DNA of 64,000 nucleotides from the human T2T-CHM13v2.0 reference genome, Homo sapiens. The notes below the pieces were generated by a model. The model was given only the letters and a program-made list of their open reading frames with translations. It was not told the DNA's origin and did not search any database. Made by a program: the position numbers and the translations under genes. The stretch covers positions 31,072,001 to 31,136,000 of the forward strand of contig CP068257.2 of assembly GCA_009914755.4 (NCBI GenBank), read 5' to 3'. Numbering within the stretch: position 1 is the stretch's first letter; the number at the start of each line of letters is the position of its first letter. Positions 1 to 18,679 of the stretch are shown in pieces.

Positions 1-1290
1 ACAGCAAACCAAAGTGAACACCAACAGTAAGAGGACAAGTCAAAACTGCGAGCCACTTGTCAAGACACTATGAAAAAAGCACCATTGCTGCAATACTCCT
101 GCCAGAGGTGAATAACCTGAATCTACGCATGAGCCATCAGACAGACCCAAAGTGAGGGAGAATCTACAAAGTAACTGGTTTTCACTTTCAACATTTTTAA
201 GGCCACAAATGTCACAGATCGAGAAATTTTTCCATTTAAGGAGACTAAAGAGACATGACAACAAAATAAAATGTACACATCTGAACTGGATCCTTTTGCT
301 ATAAAAGACATTGTTGGGGCAATTGGTAAAAATTGAAGAGAGGATAAGGATTAGATAGCCATAATACATCACTGTTAATTTTATGATAGTTTTACAAGAG
401 AATGTCTTTCTAGGAAATACATAGCAAAGTATTTGGGGGTGATGGGTCATCATGTCAGCAACCTATTCTTAAAAAGTCCAGAGAATCCACTCAGTTCTGG
501 GGCAAAAAAAAAAAAAAAGAAGTCCAGAGGAAAAAAAGTTATTTGTACTATACTTCAACCTTTCTTTATGTTTTAAATTGCTGCAAAATTAAAATTTTTT
601 CAATGTAACCAGCAAAAATAATTTTTAAAAATACATATACTTATTCCCAGATAAAGAAGCTTTTATCTCTGACGTTAATAAGGTAAACTCTTCTAAATAC
701 CTTGTTATTCCCTCCCTGTACATTTTTTTAATGGGGAAAAAAGATTTCCTTATTTTATGAGACTCCATAAACTTCACAAAAATACATGATGGAAGGGGGA
801 TGAACCTAATTAAATTTCTGCCCCACTTCTCTGATAATTTAATTCCAGAAAATTATTTTAGAATCTTCTACTATAAAGAGATTATTTAAAATAAGAAAGG
901 CTATATACAACATTACATAAAATAATATGTATAATCTTTAGATAAAATACAGCACTTGGAAATATTTTACAATCATCACCATCATTCTTTTTCCCTTAAT
1001 AATCTCCCTTGCATCCCATGCTTCAGCCAAAATGAATAATTTTGTTGCCCACATGTTCCACATTCTCTTCCCTTTCTCCCTTTTTTCATACTGTTGTTTC
1101 ATCTGGACCAACCTTTAATCATCTTTGTGTTTCCAAATATTACCTATCCTTCAGTTCCAAATTAAAACACCACTTCCCTTCCCAAAGATTTTCCCTGATC
1201 ACTCTAGCTGGAGGTAAATCTTTCTCCTATTTTATACTATAGTTACATGTAAACTAGTAACAACAGAAACTAAGTCTTATTTCTTTTTCC

Positions 1291-1640
<350 letters not shown>

Positions 1641-1776
1641 TCATTTCCTTATATCTCAACACAATACCTAACCTAACACAGAGACTCTGAATGGAACACT
1701 GCAATTGCTGATTAAATGTTCATCTAATAGACAAAAACAAATGGAAAGGTTGTGCATTAAAGAACATGTTTTGCTA

Positions 1777-2046
<270 letters not shown>

Positions 2047-2844
2047 TTATCATTGAAAGTATTTGAATGCCCTCATTACTGAGATTCACATTCAACAACT
2101 CCTCAGTTACGTCTGGAAACTTTCAAATGTGTATGTCTGTGGCAGGGAGTAGTAAGGTGGGGGTGGGAAATATAGGCATTGTTAAATGGTTGCTAACTAG
2201 GGTTTAAAATACTGAAGTTTATGAAGTGGCAGGGTGTGTGGGGAGCTCAGAGGAAACAAACTGAAAGAATGAGCGGAAATGAAAGTTCGGAAGATACCGT
2301 GTTAGGGAGGAAGTTCAGGTCACTTTCCTGCTAGTGCAGTCTTTCAAGGCATCCACTGCACTTTCAACGAATGGAATAAACTCCCTTTTGTGAAGAGGTA
2401 TTTTTTTTCCCCTCCTATTCATGGTGGTTATTAAACAAACGAGATGCTAGGCAAAACAAACCTTTCTTTGTAAGTTACTGATTTCTAACCATAAGTAGGT
2501 AGGAATGTCCCAGAAGAGAATTGCTTTCGGAGTGATTCTGAGCCCATCAAGATCGACAGCAGTTCAGGTGAGGTAAGGCGGCCTGCACCGCATTAGTTCA
2601 CATGCTGAACACATAAGCTAAAGCAAATTCCAACTTCTAAAGTTTCTGCTATAACACCTCAGGAATAAATAGTACCTAACTCCCTCTATAGCTTATTTTA
2701 AAGGAAAAGACTATTTTTCCCATGTCATACTCAACACCATCTTTCATTCATACCTTTTCTTAGGTACCTTTTTTTTTTTTCATTTGATACCAGCTCTTTA
2801 TTAGAAAAGAAAAACTTCTTTGTGGGCCCAAAAAGAATCATTTT

Positions 2845-2976
2845 GCTGGGTGTGGTGGCTCACGCCTGTAATCCTAACACTTTAAGAGGCCAAGCAAGTG
2901 GATTGCTTGAACCCAAGAGTTCAACACCATCCTAGGCAAGATAGCAAGACCCCACCTCTAAAAAATAAAAAATAAA
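2845..2976 (+). mobile_element. FLAM/Alu-monomer-like element
   Basis: GCTGGGTGTGGTGGCTCACGCCTGTAATCC...A-rich tail; only one monomer present. Confidence 0.6.
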
Positions 2977-3208
2977 GGTGGAACAATATGTAACAGGTGA
3001 GGGATAACCAAAACTTGCCATATAAAGACAATAAGAAGATTTTAACAATTAACAAGATTCATTTTTCAATGGCTTGTTAATCACAGAACAATTAAAAAGC
3101 TAAATAAAAACCAATCTTACTTATGTATTAGAAATATATTTCAATTCACCCATGGATCCAACACGCTTTTAGACAGTAAAATTTTTACTGACTTAAGAAA
3201 AAACACTG

Positions 3209-3507
3209 CCGGTTGGGCACAGTGGCTCACACCTATAATCCCAGCACTTTGGGAGGCCCAAGGTGGGTGGCTCACTGAGGTCAGGAGTTTGAAACCAGCA
3301 TGGTGAAACCCTGTCTCTACTAAAAATACAAAAATTAGCAGGGCGTGGTGGCGCACAACTGTAGTCCCAGCTAGTCAGGAGGCTACGGCAGGAGAATCAC
3401 TTGAAGCCGGCAGGCGGAGGTAGTAGTGAGCCAAGATCACACCACCGCCTTTCCACCCTGGGCGACACAGCAAGACTCTGTCTCAAAAAAAAAAAAAAAA
3501 AAAAAAA
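3209..3507 (+). mobile_element. Alu SINE full length
   Basis: GGTTGGGCACAGTGGCTCACACCTATAATCCCAGCACTTTGGGAGGC ... poly-A(25). Confidence 0.95.
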
Positions 3508-3527
3508 GAAAGAGATTTTATGGAGTG

Positions 3528-4245
<718 letters not shown>

Positions 4246-4534
4246 GAGGGAGAGATAGTAGGTAGAAATATAGAAAAACAAAAGTGTCCATGAGTTGATA
4301 TTATGGAGGCTAGGTGACATATGTAACAGTTACACTATTTCTCCAAATAAAATGTTAAAAAAATTATTACATTCTTTGAACTATTGGATAAATTCAGAAA
4401 GGAGAGAGATAACTCTGGCCAATTATCTTGAGACAGCCAGAAGCTACTGGAATTCTAAGGGATCAGAGAAGAACTTTTCTCTAATTACCCTAGACCAGGA
4501 GTGCATTAGCCAAAAGTTTAACAGACATTTGAAC

Positions 4535-4692
4535 TTTTTTTTTTTTCCCAGACAGGATCTCTCACTCTCACCCAAGCCTGAGTGCAGTGGCATGATCATA
4601 GCTCACTGTAACCTGAAACCCCTGGGCTCAAGCGATTCTCCCGCCTCAACCTCCCAAAGTGCTGGGATTATAAGTGTGAGCCATTGCACCTG
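4535..4692 (-). mobile_element. Alu SINE, internally deleted/partial
   Basis: poly-T, CCCAGACAGGATCTCTCACTC...CTCAAGCGATTCTCCCGCCTCAACCTCCCAAAGTGCTGGGATTATAAGTGTGAGCC; the middle of the element is missing. Confidence 0.8.
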
Positions 4693-5306
4693 ATTGATTT
4701 GGACTTTTATAAACTTCAAAGGGACTTGTAAGTCCTACAATCTTTAGAATGGCCCCATAGCCCACACTTCCCAAGGCTCTCAAACACTCATCAAATAGTA
4801 AATATATAATAAATTAAGAAAGGAAAAGATTTAGTAATTCCAGAATGGAGGCCTTAGGAAGGGTAAATATTGTTATACCCTGCCATCAATGTTTTCCTTA
4901 TATTCTTCCTAAATAATTTAGTTTTAATATTCTAACTGTTGAAATGGAAACTATACTTGGAAAATAATAAGTTTGTTTTTGCTCATTATCACAGAAGTTA
5001 GGAAATATTTAAAACTATATAAAGCCATGAGGTAGTAATATCCTACAACTTAATTCAGATAACTCAACTCCTTCCTTATTTTAGTTTTGTGCATGTTTTC
5101 AAACTTCTTTTAACTGAACAAATTCATGCATGACTGAAGGGAGCCCCAACCTACAACTTTTCCTCGTTAAGCTACTGGAAGGTGACAAAAATAGAAACGG
5201 TAGAGGTGGTCTATTTATAGACTACAGAAAACACTCAGAGTATAAATATATCAATTGTTCTCTATCAAAATTTAACATATCAATTGTGCTCTATCATATT
5301 ATTTGA

Positions 5307-5634
<328 letters not shown>

Positions 5635-6582
5635 AATGACTTATAATACTATGTCATGTGACATAACTGGCATTATTCAGCATTGTTGTATTACAACCTC
5701 GTTTCTCAAATTAGAATTTAAGGCAAATAATGAAGTATTAGGATCAAATATAAAAATTCAGATGAAGACATAATCATATACCTATTTCTTGATTTTCATG
5801 AGTTGTGGCTCTAAAAGAGAGGCTTGTTAAACATAACATAGTTGTCGCATGATAATCACACCTGCATTGCTAACTCCACATCTGAACAGAAAAGAAACAA
5901 AATTAACTTCTTATCCAAGAGCAATAGGTAACTTAAATGTCACTTTCATTTTACTTTAAAAGTATTTTCAGGATTAAATTTAAATGTAAATTTCTCCAAC
6001 TTCTGATGGATTATAATAATTTAAGCTAAATAATAAAGCCATCCAAATGAAGGGCCTACTATCCAATGTCAACATTCTGCTGTGGGTCAAACCTTGCAGT
6101 CTGAGAATACACTGTTCTTCCCCAGCTGATACAGAAGACTAAGCTAAAGAAGGTCAATAACAATGTAAAAATAAGACTGCATGTTAGAATGATCTCTCTA
6201 GAACCACAATTTGCCTGTGGTTGCATGCACTGCAGTTTGTGGTGAGCTTATTTGCATGCAGACAGCACTTTGGTATAGAACCAGAGAACCTCCTGTATGA
6301 GGATCCTAGAGATCATGTAATCCAAGCTTCTCATTTTCAGAAGAAAAAGAGTAGAGATTAGATCATTCATCCAAGATCACATAACTAGCTGGCAGTAAAG
6401 CTTCTTTCCATTTCATCATATATAAAGAGAAAAATTATTTTAAAAGGAAAAGGTTTCTCTTACAAAAGTAATTAAAATTCCAGCTGAAAGATATTAAACT
6501 ATCTAAATTAATGTCCTATTTAAACTTCACATTCCAATCTTGGTGACATTTAAGGAAAAAAAAAAAACTTTCATTCACGCAA

Positions 6583-6700
6583 GAAGTATTTATTGAATGC
6601 CTACCATGCACCAGGCCCCTGGCAAGGTTCTAGGAATAAAAACAGTCAGTACCGTGACACCTTCTTAGGAATCAGATTAGGAAGACAGGAATTATATAAC
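6583..6700 (-). mobile_element. MIR-like SINE fragment (weak)
   Basis: AGTATTTATTGAATGCCTACCATGCACCAGGC resembles the reverse complement of the MIR 3' core (…CTGGCACATAGTAAGCGCTCAATAAAT…). Confidence 0.35.
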
Positions 6701-7116
6701 CATACAAATGCAAAATTATAAATTATAGTAAGTACTATAATGGAGTTCTAACAGATTACAATGGGAGAACCTAATTTTAAATTGTTTGTTGGAGGAGGAC
6801 AATGATTAGAATAAACCTCACTGAGGAAGTGACCTTTATAGTGAGACAGGAAGGCTAGCCAAATAAACGGTGGAGATAAAAATGTTTCAGGCGACATACG
6901 TATATACTGTGATCCAGCAATTCCATTCCTAAGAATACAGCCAACAGAAATGTGTACATATATGTACCAAAAAACATGTACAAGGATGTTCATACTTGTG
7001 TCATTTATAATAGCAAAATTGGAAATAAAGCAAATGTCAACAAAACAGCTAAATATTTTAATATTCATAAAATGGACTACACTGCAACAAATATGAGTAA
7101 ACTACTGCCACTTGCT

Positions 7117-7827
7117 ACAACATGGATGATTTCCCATATGTCAACATGGATGATTTCCCATATGTCAACATGGATGATTTCCCATATATCAACATGGATG
7201 ATTTCCCATATGTCAACATGGATGATTTCCCATATGTCAACATGGATGATTTCCCATATGTCAACATGGATGATTTCCCATATGTCAACATGGATGATTT
7301 CCCATATATCAACATGGATGATTTCCCATGTCAACATGGATGATTTCCCATATGTCAACATGGATGATTTCCCATATATCAACATGGATGATTTCCCATA
7401 TGTCAACATGGATGATTTCCCATATGTCAACATGGATGATTTCCCATATGTCAACATGGATGATTTCCCATATATCAACATGGATGATTTCCCATATGTC
7501 AACATGGATGATTTCCCATATATCAACATGGATGATTTCCCATATATCAACATAGATGATTTCCCATATGTCAACATGGATGATTTCCCATATGTCAACA
7601 TGGATGATTTCCCATATGTCAACATGGATGATTTCCCATATGTCAACATGGATGATTTCCCATATATCAACATGGATGATTTCCCATATATCAACATGGA
7701 TGATTTCCCATATATCAACATGGATGATTTCCCATATATCAACATGGATGATTTCCCATATATCAACATGGATGATTTCCCATATGTCAACATGGATGAT
7801 TTCCCATATGTCAACATGGATGATTTC
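7117..7827. repeat. 24-bp-period minisatellite/VNTR, about 29.6 tandem copies of TCAACATGGATGATTTCCCATATG (G/A variant GTCAAC/ATCAAC)
   Basis: read directly; perfect head-to-tail units; one unit with a 2-nt deletion near 7329 and one with G>A (catagatgat, about 7553); produces ORFs of 294 aa (+) and 266 aa (-). Confidence 0.97.
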
Positions 7828-9220
7828 ATTGAGTGAAAGGAGCTAGATACCAAAGAATACACAGAGAATGACTCCATTTATGTTAAGCTGAAAAACACTT
7901 AAAACTATTCCATGATGTAAGAGGTCTGAATAGTGATTATCTTTGCAGATCATAATAAAGATAACTGGGAAGGAGCATGAGGGGATTATTCTCTGGAAAG
8001 CTCTCTGGTATGCTAGTAATAATGTTCTATTTCTCAACCCAGTTGTGGTAATAAGGGTATGTTCATTCTATAATAATATATCAAGCTGTATGTTTAAGAT
8101 TTATATACTTTTCTACATGTATTATAATTTAAAAAGCTTATTATTTTAAAAAAATACATTTGAGCAGACGGAACAGCATATGTAAAGACCCTGACGCCAG
8201 AAAGAATTTGGTACATTCAGAACTGAAAGGCGGCCAATGAGGTTAGAACATAGAAACCAAGAGGTAAAGTGGTAACAGGTTGAAGAGGGAAGCAGAAACT
8301 CGATTTTATTGTAGGTCATCTTAGAGTTTAGATTTTAACTTCAGTGGCCAATCACTGAAGAGTATTAGGCAGGGGATTAATAAGATCTAAACCATGTTTT
8401 TTAAAAGACTGGGGTGTAGGCGTGGTAAGTAGAAGCAGAGGGACCAGTTAAGGAGGGAATTGTAATGATCCATGAAAGAGACAACAGTGTCTTGATTGAA
8501 ACAGAGCCAGCTAAATGCAGGCAGTTGCATGGAATCTCAAGGAAATTAAGAGGAGGAATTGACTAGACTTGGTAATAGAGAGAATGTGTGAAATGTGAGG
8601 GGAAGAGGTGTTGAGGATGATTCTTAAGTTGTTTGAAACAACTTGGTAGATGGAGTGCAATCCATTGACATAAGGGAGACTGAAGGAAAGATCAGGTTTG
8701 AGGATATGCAGTGGTTGGTAAGACCATCAATACGGTACCTATTCCAACTCTTCCTCATTTGGTAGCCACCAAACAGTTTGTGATACTATGGAAATCACAG
8801 AAATTTCTACCTTCTTCTGCCAATGATCTACCTGATGCAAACAGCACATGATATCCCAACAGTCATTTTTGGTTCAGGAATACACAAACACTCAATCCGG
8901 TGCAAGGGGAAGTGCATTTTCCTTTTGTGGGTTCTAACCCATTATCTGAGTTTCAAAAAGCTGGATCTCAATTGTGTCATCCAACATAATTATTCAACCC
9001 AGCTCTCATCAATCCTACGTCACTTTGCCACAACTAAAAATCTGAAAACTGTACTTTCTACTCCATTCTCTAAGAGAATTGATAAAACTGGGAACAAGAT
9101 AGGCCAAAGATATATTCCCAATGCTAACCAAGGAAAGACAACTAATGAGCACTAAGGTACAACCAGCTAGAAATTTATTTAATTATAAGATTCTGGAATT
9201 TAAAAATAAAAACAAAAAGA

Positions 9221-9532
<312 letters not shown>

Positions 9533-10689
9533 TCATTCTACTTATAGTTCACACATGGTCCACAGGATATTAAATGATTTTGTTTATCTATATTTCAGCA
9601 ACACATTCAAGAGATTACAGCAATCCTATGGTCCACTAGTGAACAGAATGAAACATAACTCATAATAAATATTTATTGCTAAGAGCTAGTTATATAAGTA
9701 AACACACCTTTATATATAAAAAGTTAAATAAGACTATAATGAAATAGAAACACAAAATTTTAATAAGTACATTTAACATATAGAAATATTTAATGTTTTG
9801 AGACAATAAAGTTTTTTTTTAATTTTTTTCTTTTCACTGACTCAGTTGGCCCAGAATTATCCAGGAATTTCAAGGGTCTAAAATTTTTTCATTCTGAACT
9901 GAGGAAGTAATGAGTATCCAACCAAGAAGAATTTATATATCTCTCCAAATGCCAAATTTATTTTCTCCAAGTGCCAAATCATTCATCATTTGGTTCAGTA
10001 GCTATGAAATGCAACCCAATGTGAATGCATGTGCTCACATACGTAACACTACTGATCAGCAATGGCTTATATTTATAAACTCTATTTAAGCTGGAAAAAG
10101 ATAAAATACAAATTCTTATTAACAACCATTAAAACACTCAAAGCAAATTTTAATTGTCACCAGTAAAAATCATGCACAATTTTTAAAACTATACTTCCTT
10201 TTGATACTCTAACAAGGCTAAACAATTGCACTAGCCCATTCCACTCTTTATTGCTTCTTTCACTTTGTATGCTTCTTTCAAAATTTCACTGATTCAGACT
10301 TTATAATCTCAAAAGTTTTGAAAATGTTGGTATTGGATACTAAGAAAGGTAATACTACAATATTAAACTGCTAGTCATTATAATTAGCTCATATTTTTTC
10401 AACCTTCGAATGTCTGAAAAGTCTTTACATCTTCATTTGTGGTTGGGTACAAAACTCTAGGTGAATGGTTTGGTTTGGTTTCTTCCTTCCAGTACTTTAA
10501 AGATGTTCCCAATGTCCTCTGGCTTGGATTGCTTGCAAAGAAAAGTCTACTATCATTCTTATCTTCACTCTTCTGTAAATGTGTGTCTTTTCTTCCTTGG
10601 GCTACTTTTAAGATCTTCTCTGTATCACTGGTAAACAGTAACTTGATCATGTATTTGGGTATAGTGTTCTGCTTTATGTTCATTTAGCT

Positions 10690-12100
<1,411 letters not shown>

Positions 12101-13460
12101 AGGGTAAATCTAGTTCCTGTTACTCCACTATGGTCAGAAGCTCCCGTTATAGTCCTGAGTTACGTATATTTTATAGGACAAGTTAGAACATCTGATAGAC
12201 CTGAGATGATGTAATAAAAAGCCACAGAGTTTTTACTATTCAGTGAGAGTGGAAGTTCTGCCTTTCCTTTTTATTTCCTCATAGCAAAGTTAAGTGGTGA
12301 AGAAATGAAAGCACTTAAGAACTAACTACTGGTTTGACCCTAGGTCAATCCTACTACCAACCCAGAATAAAAAAGTTTGGTTGATTTTCTTTTTAAAGAG
12401 TTGACATTTAAGTTACTTTCTATTAAATACGTACATTCCTCAGACTACAGGGGCACATAAAAAAAGAAAGAAAATAAATATGCACCTTCCAAAGGTATTT
12501 ATAAAAAGAAAATGAATTTTTGCAACCCTAACATAAAGTGATATATAACAAGTCTAAATTTCATGATTTCTCTGCTGAAAAAGTCAACTATAAAAAGTCA
12601 CTTCTTCCCTCAACTTGCAAATTTTTCTTTAAAAGAGACAGGACACTGCAACTTATCTAAAGGGCAATCATGTTGACAGCGTTTGGCAATTAAAAAAAAA
12701 AAACAAACTACACACACTGTTTGGCATTACCACCTACTATATTTATCCAAAAGTCTAGAACCTGACATTTAACTTGGCCCAGGAAAGAAACTTTGTTTTT
12801 AATGACTTTACTGTAAATTAAACCATACTTTCTCCTCTAATATATTAATATGTTAATAGTTTGTAGGGAAAAACACAAGTGTACAGTTCCCTCATTAGAA
12901 AATGCTACCAATTACACTCTTAACCTTAACGCCTTCCCTTATTTTTACACTTCATTCCCCACCCCTGAAAATAATAGCCACACAATATATGGTAATACAA
13001 TAGCCTCACAACAGCACAAACAATAATTACAGTAAAAAAAAATTAAATGGTAGGACTATGTCATTGGGGCAGTTATCTTTCCAATCCTCAGTTTCCAAAT
13101 CTCTGAAATGTGGATAAAAGCACAATCTGAACTGAATGAAATAAAGTGTGTCAAATGCCACATCTCCTGAACTGTGTGCTCAGATGCCCCACGGCACTAC
13201 AGCAAACTCCCAGGGAAGCTGCATATTTTAAACAGAAGGAAACACTGAGATTCTCAACACATGCTGGAAACCAGCCAAACTATTAACCTGAGGTGCTTGA
13301 GTTGTCATATTAGATTGCAGTGCATTCCTTGGATGATATATATTAGTGAAACCGGGTTTTTGCTGGTTGCTGTGATAAAAGCAAGTGTCACTTGAAAATC
13401 AATGTGGAACAGGAAATGAGGACGGCAGTGTACTCTGTTCCAAGGTTTGAAAAGCTATGC

Positions 13461-13758
13461 AGGCTGGGAGCAGTGGCTCACGCCCGTAATCCCAGCACTT
13501 TGGAAGGCCATGGTGGGCAGATCACCTGAGGTCAGGAGTTCGAGACCAGCCTGGCCAACATGGTGAAACCCCGTCTCTACTAAAAATACAAACATTAGCC
13601 AGGTGTGGTAGCGGGTGCCTGCAATCCCAGCTACTTGAGAGGCTGAGGCAGGAGAATTGCTTGAACCCGTAGGCAGAGGTTGCAGTGAGCCGAGACCGTG
13701 CCATTGCACTCCAACCTGGGTGACAAGAGTAAAACTCCATCTTAAAAAAAAAAAAAAA
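13461..13758 (+). mobile_element. Alu SINE full length
   Basis: GGCTGGGAGCAGTGGCTCACGCCCGTAATCCCAGCACTTTGGAAGGCC...poly-A. Confidence 0.95.
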
Positions 13759-13983
13759 GAAAGAAAAAGAAAAGCTATTTAGTGCTCAGTGCTCAACAAG
13801 CACACACATCTCATTAGTAAATTGTGGTTACTTATGAAGAAAATAAATGTTCTATTTTTTCTGCATTTTTTTTTTTGAACAGCTACAAAAGCTGTTGGGA
13901 CACAAATATTTTTTGGACCTAACTATTTAATAAACAGAACTATTAAGTATTGTTTGTGGCCTAGGGGTGTTGTGAAAAACTTA

Positions 13984-14315
<332 letters not shown>

Positions 14316-15426
14316 TCACCATAAAACAATGAAGTTTAAAAACCTCTGGCTTAATGTTGTGACTGGCAGAATAAGCTTCCAGTAAGTGGTAGCCATTATC
14401 ATTTCACTACGATTAGTCCTTTACGCAGTTTTATAGAAAAGAGAGGATATTTCATATTCTGTAATAAAGATCTCAGAATATCATCCTATAGTATTATGAC
14501 TTATATTGAGTATTATATATAGTATTATGACTTATGTTGTAAGAAAAAATTAGGTAGACAAAGAATCTCATAAGGACAACTTGGAGGAAAACCAGGTGCA
14601 GTGATATGGCCTTGCTATTTATAAAATGCATGATTTGAGTCCTAATCTGACTCAAATTATGCTACTTGAAAAGCCTGAAAGTAATCTTACCACTAGACAG
14701 ATAAAAGCAATTCATCCTTACTCCCATGCTAGCATGTAATATGGAAAAGAGCAAAAGCTTTAATTTTAAGAGTTAGGAATCCATGGCGCCACCTCACCTC
14801 CCCATCTTTTACGTAGAGGTCCATAACTTCTGTTTTTAGAGTTATCCTCCATTTCCCATATGTTGACCTTTTCTTTACTCCATCTTCTATTTAGGATATA
14901 ATTATGAAATGAATCATTCACTTTATTGAAGCCTGAGATGGGCTGTAAAATATTGAGATTGTGAATTTAATGCATGTATGTCAGACTGACAGCTTGTCCT
15001 TCTCCTGTGACAGTCTTTGTGTATGTGTGTGTAAACTGGAGAAAGACTAAGAACAATGAATTGTACACAAAGCTGAGAGACATCTTTTATCTCTTAATAA
15101 ATTGTTTCCAGGAAAAAAATATGTACCTGTTTATAACTTGCTAACCATCACACAAGCTGCTTAAACTGGTAGATGCAGCAAACTAGTCACAGAGCTCACC
15201 TGCTACACTGAACCACTATTCCAAAGACATCAAATTGCAATTTAATCAAACACTTGCTGTACAAATACTTTTCAAAACTGAGTAATGCTAAAAATGGGTA
15301 CACTCCTAAAAAACATATTAACTGTTATCTAAGGGTAAGAACTTTTTAGAAAGTGTTTTAAATAAATCAATGCAACAGAAGAAATAATAATGAAATTATT
15401 TTCTATTTTAAACAGGTAATTTTGAA

Positions 15427-15771
<345 letters not shown>

Positions 15772-15933
15772 TTATCATAGACATTTCAAATTGGCATTTC
15801 AGAAGAACCTTAATAATGTGGTTAACAGTTATTTCCAATAGGATTTGTCAATAACAAATCTAAATAATGTGTAATATACATCTTTTATATCAGCAGTTCA
15901 GTCAGATAACAATTCTCAAAAACATAGGAAATA

Positions 15934-16236
<303 letters not shown>

Positions 16237-16258
<22 letters not shown>

Positions 16259-16262
16259 TAAT
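16237..16262. repeat. (TA)n microsatellite followed by an ATGT/ATGC-rich tract
   Basis: atatatatatatatatatatatata, then atgtatgcatgtatgtatat. Confidence 0.9.
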
Positions 16263-16296
16263 GTATGCATGTATGTATATGAAATAAGTTTTATAG

Positions 16297-16595
16297 GGCT
16301 GGGCTTGGTGGCTCACGCCTATAATCCCAGCACTTTGGGAGGCCAAGGCAGGTGGATCACTTGAGTTCACGAGTTCAGATCAGCCTGGCCAACATGGTGA
16401 AGCCCCATCTCTACTAAAAATACAAAAATTAGCTGGGCATGTTGGTGTGCGCCTGTAGTCCCAGCTACTCAGGAAGCTGAGGCACGAGAATCACTTGAAC
16501 CCAGGAGGCGGAGGTTGCAGTGCACGGAGATCATACCACTGCACTCCAGCCTCAGTGACAGAACAAGACTCTGCTCAAAAAACAACAACAAAAAT
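16297..16595 (+). mobile_element. Alu SINE full length
   Basis: GGGCTGGGCTTGGTGGCTCACGCCTATAATCCCAGCACTTTGGGAGGCCAAGGC... Confidence 0.95.
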
Positions 16596-17563
16596 TTACG
16601 GAAAAATATCTCTTATTTTCAAACATAATAACTGCATGTTTATCAACTTTGTAATCTAGGTTAGTCTTTCCCTTGCTGTCATTCATTTAATAATCACATT
16701 TTCTTCAAGTATGAGTAAAACACTACACTAAGCACTAAGACTGCAAATATTACTAAGACACACAGGCCTTTTCCTCAAGGAGTGCGGCATCCAGACACAG
16801 AACCTGAGCAGAATTCCATATGATATGAAGGCACTATACTCAAAGTGCTACAAGAGTATTAGCACTTGGTTCAGCCTGACAGTTTCAAGAAAACTACTTA
16901 GTAGCCCCATAAAAGACAACAGCACCAAAATTCTGGAAACATGGTTATTTTGGATAAAATCTGCAAGCCAAAAAAAAGCAATCCCCTAATCTATCATAGA
17001 AAGGCCTAAATACACTTTGCTCAGAAATGAGCATCACAATCTAATTATATCAGAATATCCAGGGGGCTAGAGCCCAGACAGTAGTATTTGTAAAAGCTGC
17101 CCAGGTGACTGTAACACTGATAATGTCATAACATCATGACTGATTTAAGCTTAGAATCCTATCGACATAAAGACAGAGTCTTGAGGCTGCATTAGTGAAC
17201 ACTTGGGTCCCTAAGGGGATCCATTGTATGAGACTATTTTCATTGTATTTTTACTTGCAATCTTTTGGTATGTGCTAATAGTATGAAAGACAAAATTTCA
17301 TGTTGGGTATCTCATGGCACTTCAGCAAAGGCCAAGAAAATTAAGTGATTGCTAATCCTCAACACTGTATGCTGACTAAAATGTCTGTTTAAAATTTACT
17401 TTTTAAAGTAAAGCCAGGGCAAGTAGAGACTTGAAATTAGGAACTTTGTGTACATAAAGACCAAGTCCTGCTAAGGTCACTTCCACCACCCCTTTCCAAG
17501 AAAAACACCTACATATGAGCATTTAGACAACAACAAAACCAGCACATAAGAAGTATGCGTCTT

Positions 17564-17876
17564 GGCTGCGAGCAGTGGCTCACGCCTGTAATCCCAATAC
17601 TTTGGGAGCCTGAGGCAGGTGGAAACCATGAACCCAGGAGTCTGAGATCAGCAGGGCAACATGAGGAAGCCCCCTATCTACAAAAAAATACGAAAAAAAT
17701 TATCTGGGCATAGTCGTGTGCGCCTGTAGTCCCAGCTACTCAGGAGGCTGAGGCAGGAGGATCAATTGAGCCCGGGAGTTCCAGGGAGTTCAATTACAGT
17801 GAGCTGTGATCATGCCACTGCACTCCAGCCTGGGTGACAGAACAAGACCATGTCTCAAAAAATAAAAGCAAAAAAG
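17564..17876 (+). mobile_element. Alu SINE (older, AluJ-like, more diverged)
   Basis: GGCTGCGAGCAGTGGCTCACGCCTGTAATCCCAATACTTTGGGAGCCTGAGGCAGGTGGAAACC... Confidence 0.9.
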
Positions 17877-18232
17877 AAGTATGCACCTTGTGATACAGAG
17901 TAAGTTCTAGAGAAATGAAGAGAAGGTAGAGATAAAGGTGAGCTGGAGTGGTTGGGGCAGAGTCTTATGAAGGAAGAAGACCTGAGTAGGACCTCGGTGG
18001 GACTGACAGGCTCAGATTAGAGAAGCAGCACTCTAGCTGTCTTGGAGGAAGAAGGTGTAAAAAGCAACAGTATGATGAAGCTGAAAAAAGCATGGTGCTT
18101 GGGAAGGCACTGAGGAAACACCAGATCTCCTTAAAGGAGATCAACACTGGACAAATGACAGGTTGAGGAGTACAAACTTAATCTTGGTGAAAAACAGGGT
18201 TACACTTTGCTTTAATATAAAAAATGATTTTA

Positions 18233-18679
<447 letters not shown>

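Noticed and set aside
6952-7877. Longest ORFs in the window (294 aa on the plus strand, 266 aa on the minus strand, and several of 66-96 aa) made of octapeptide repeats; the array also superficially resembles a repeat-spacer array
   Set aside because: Products of the 24-bp-period minisatellite, which is stop-free in all six frames. There are no unique spacers between units, so it is not a CRISPR array. There is no splice or start context and it lies in an intron.
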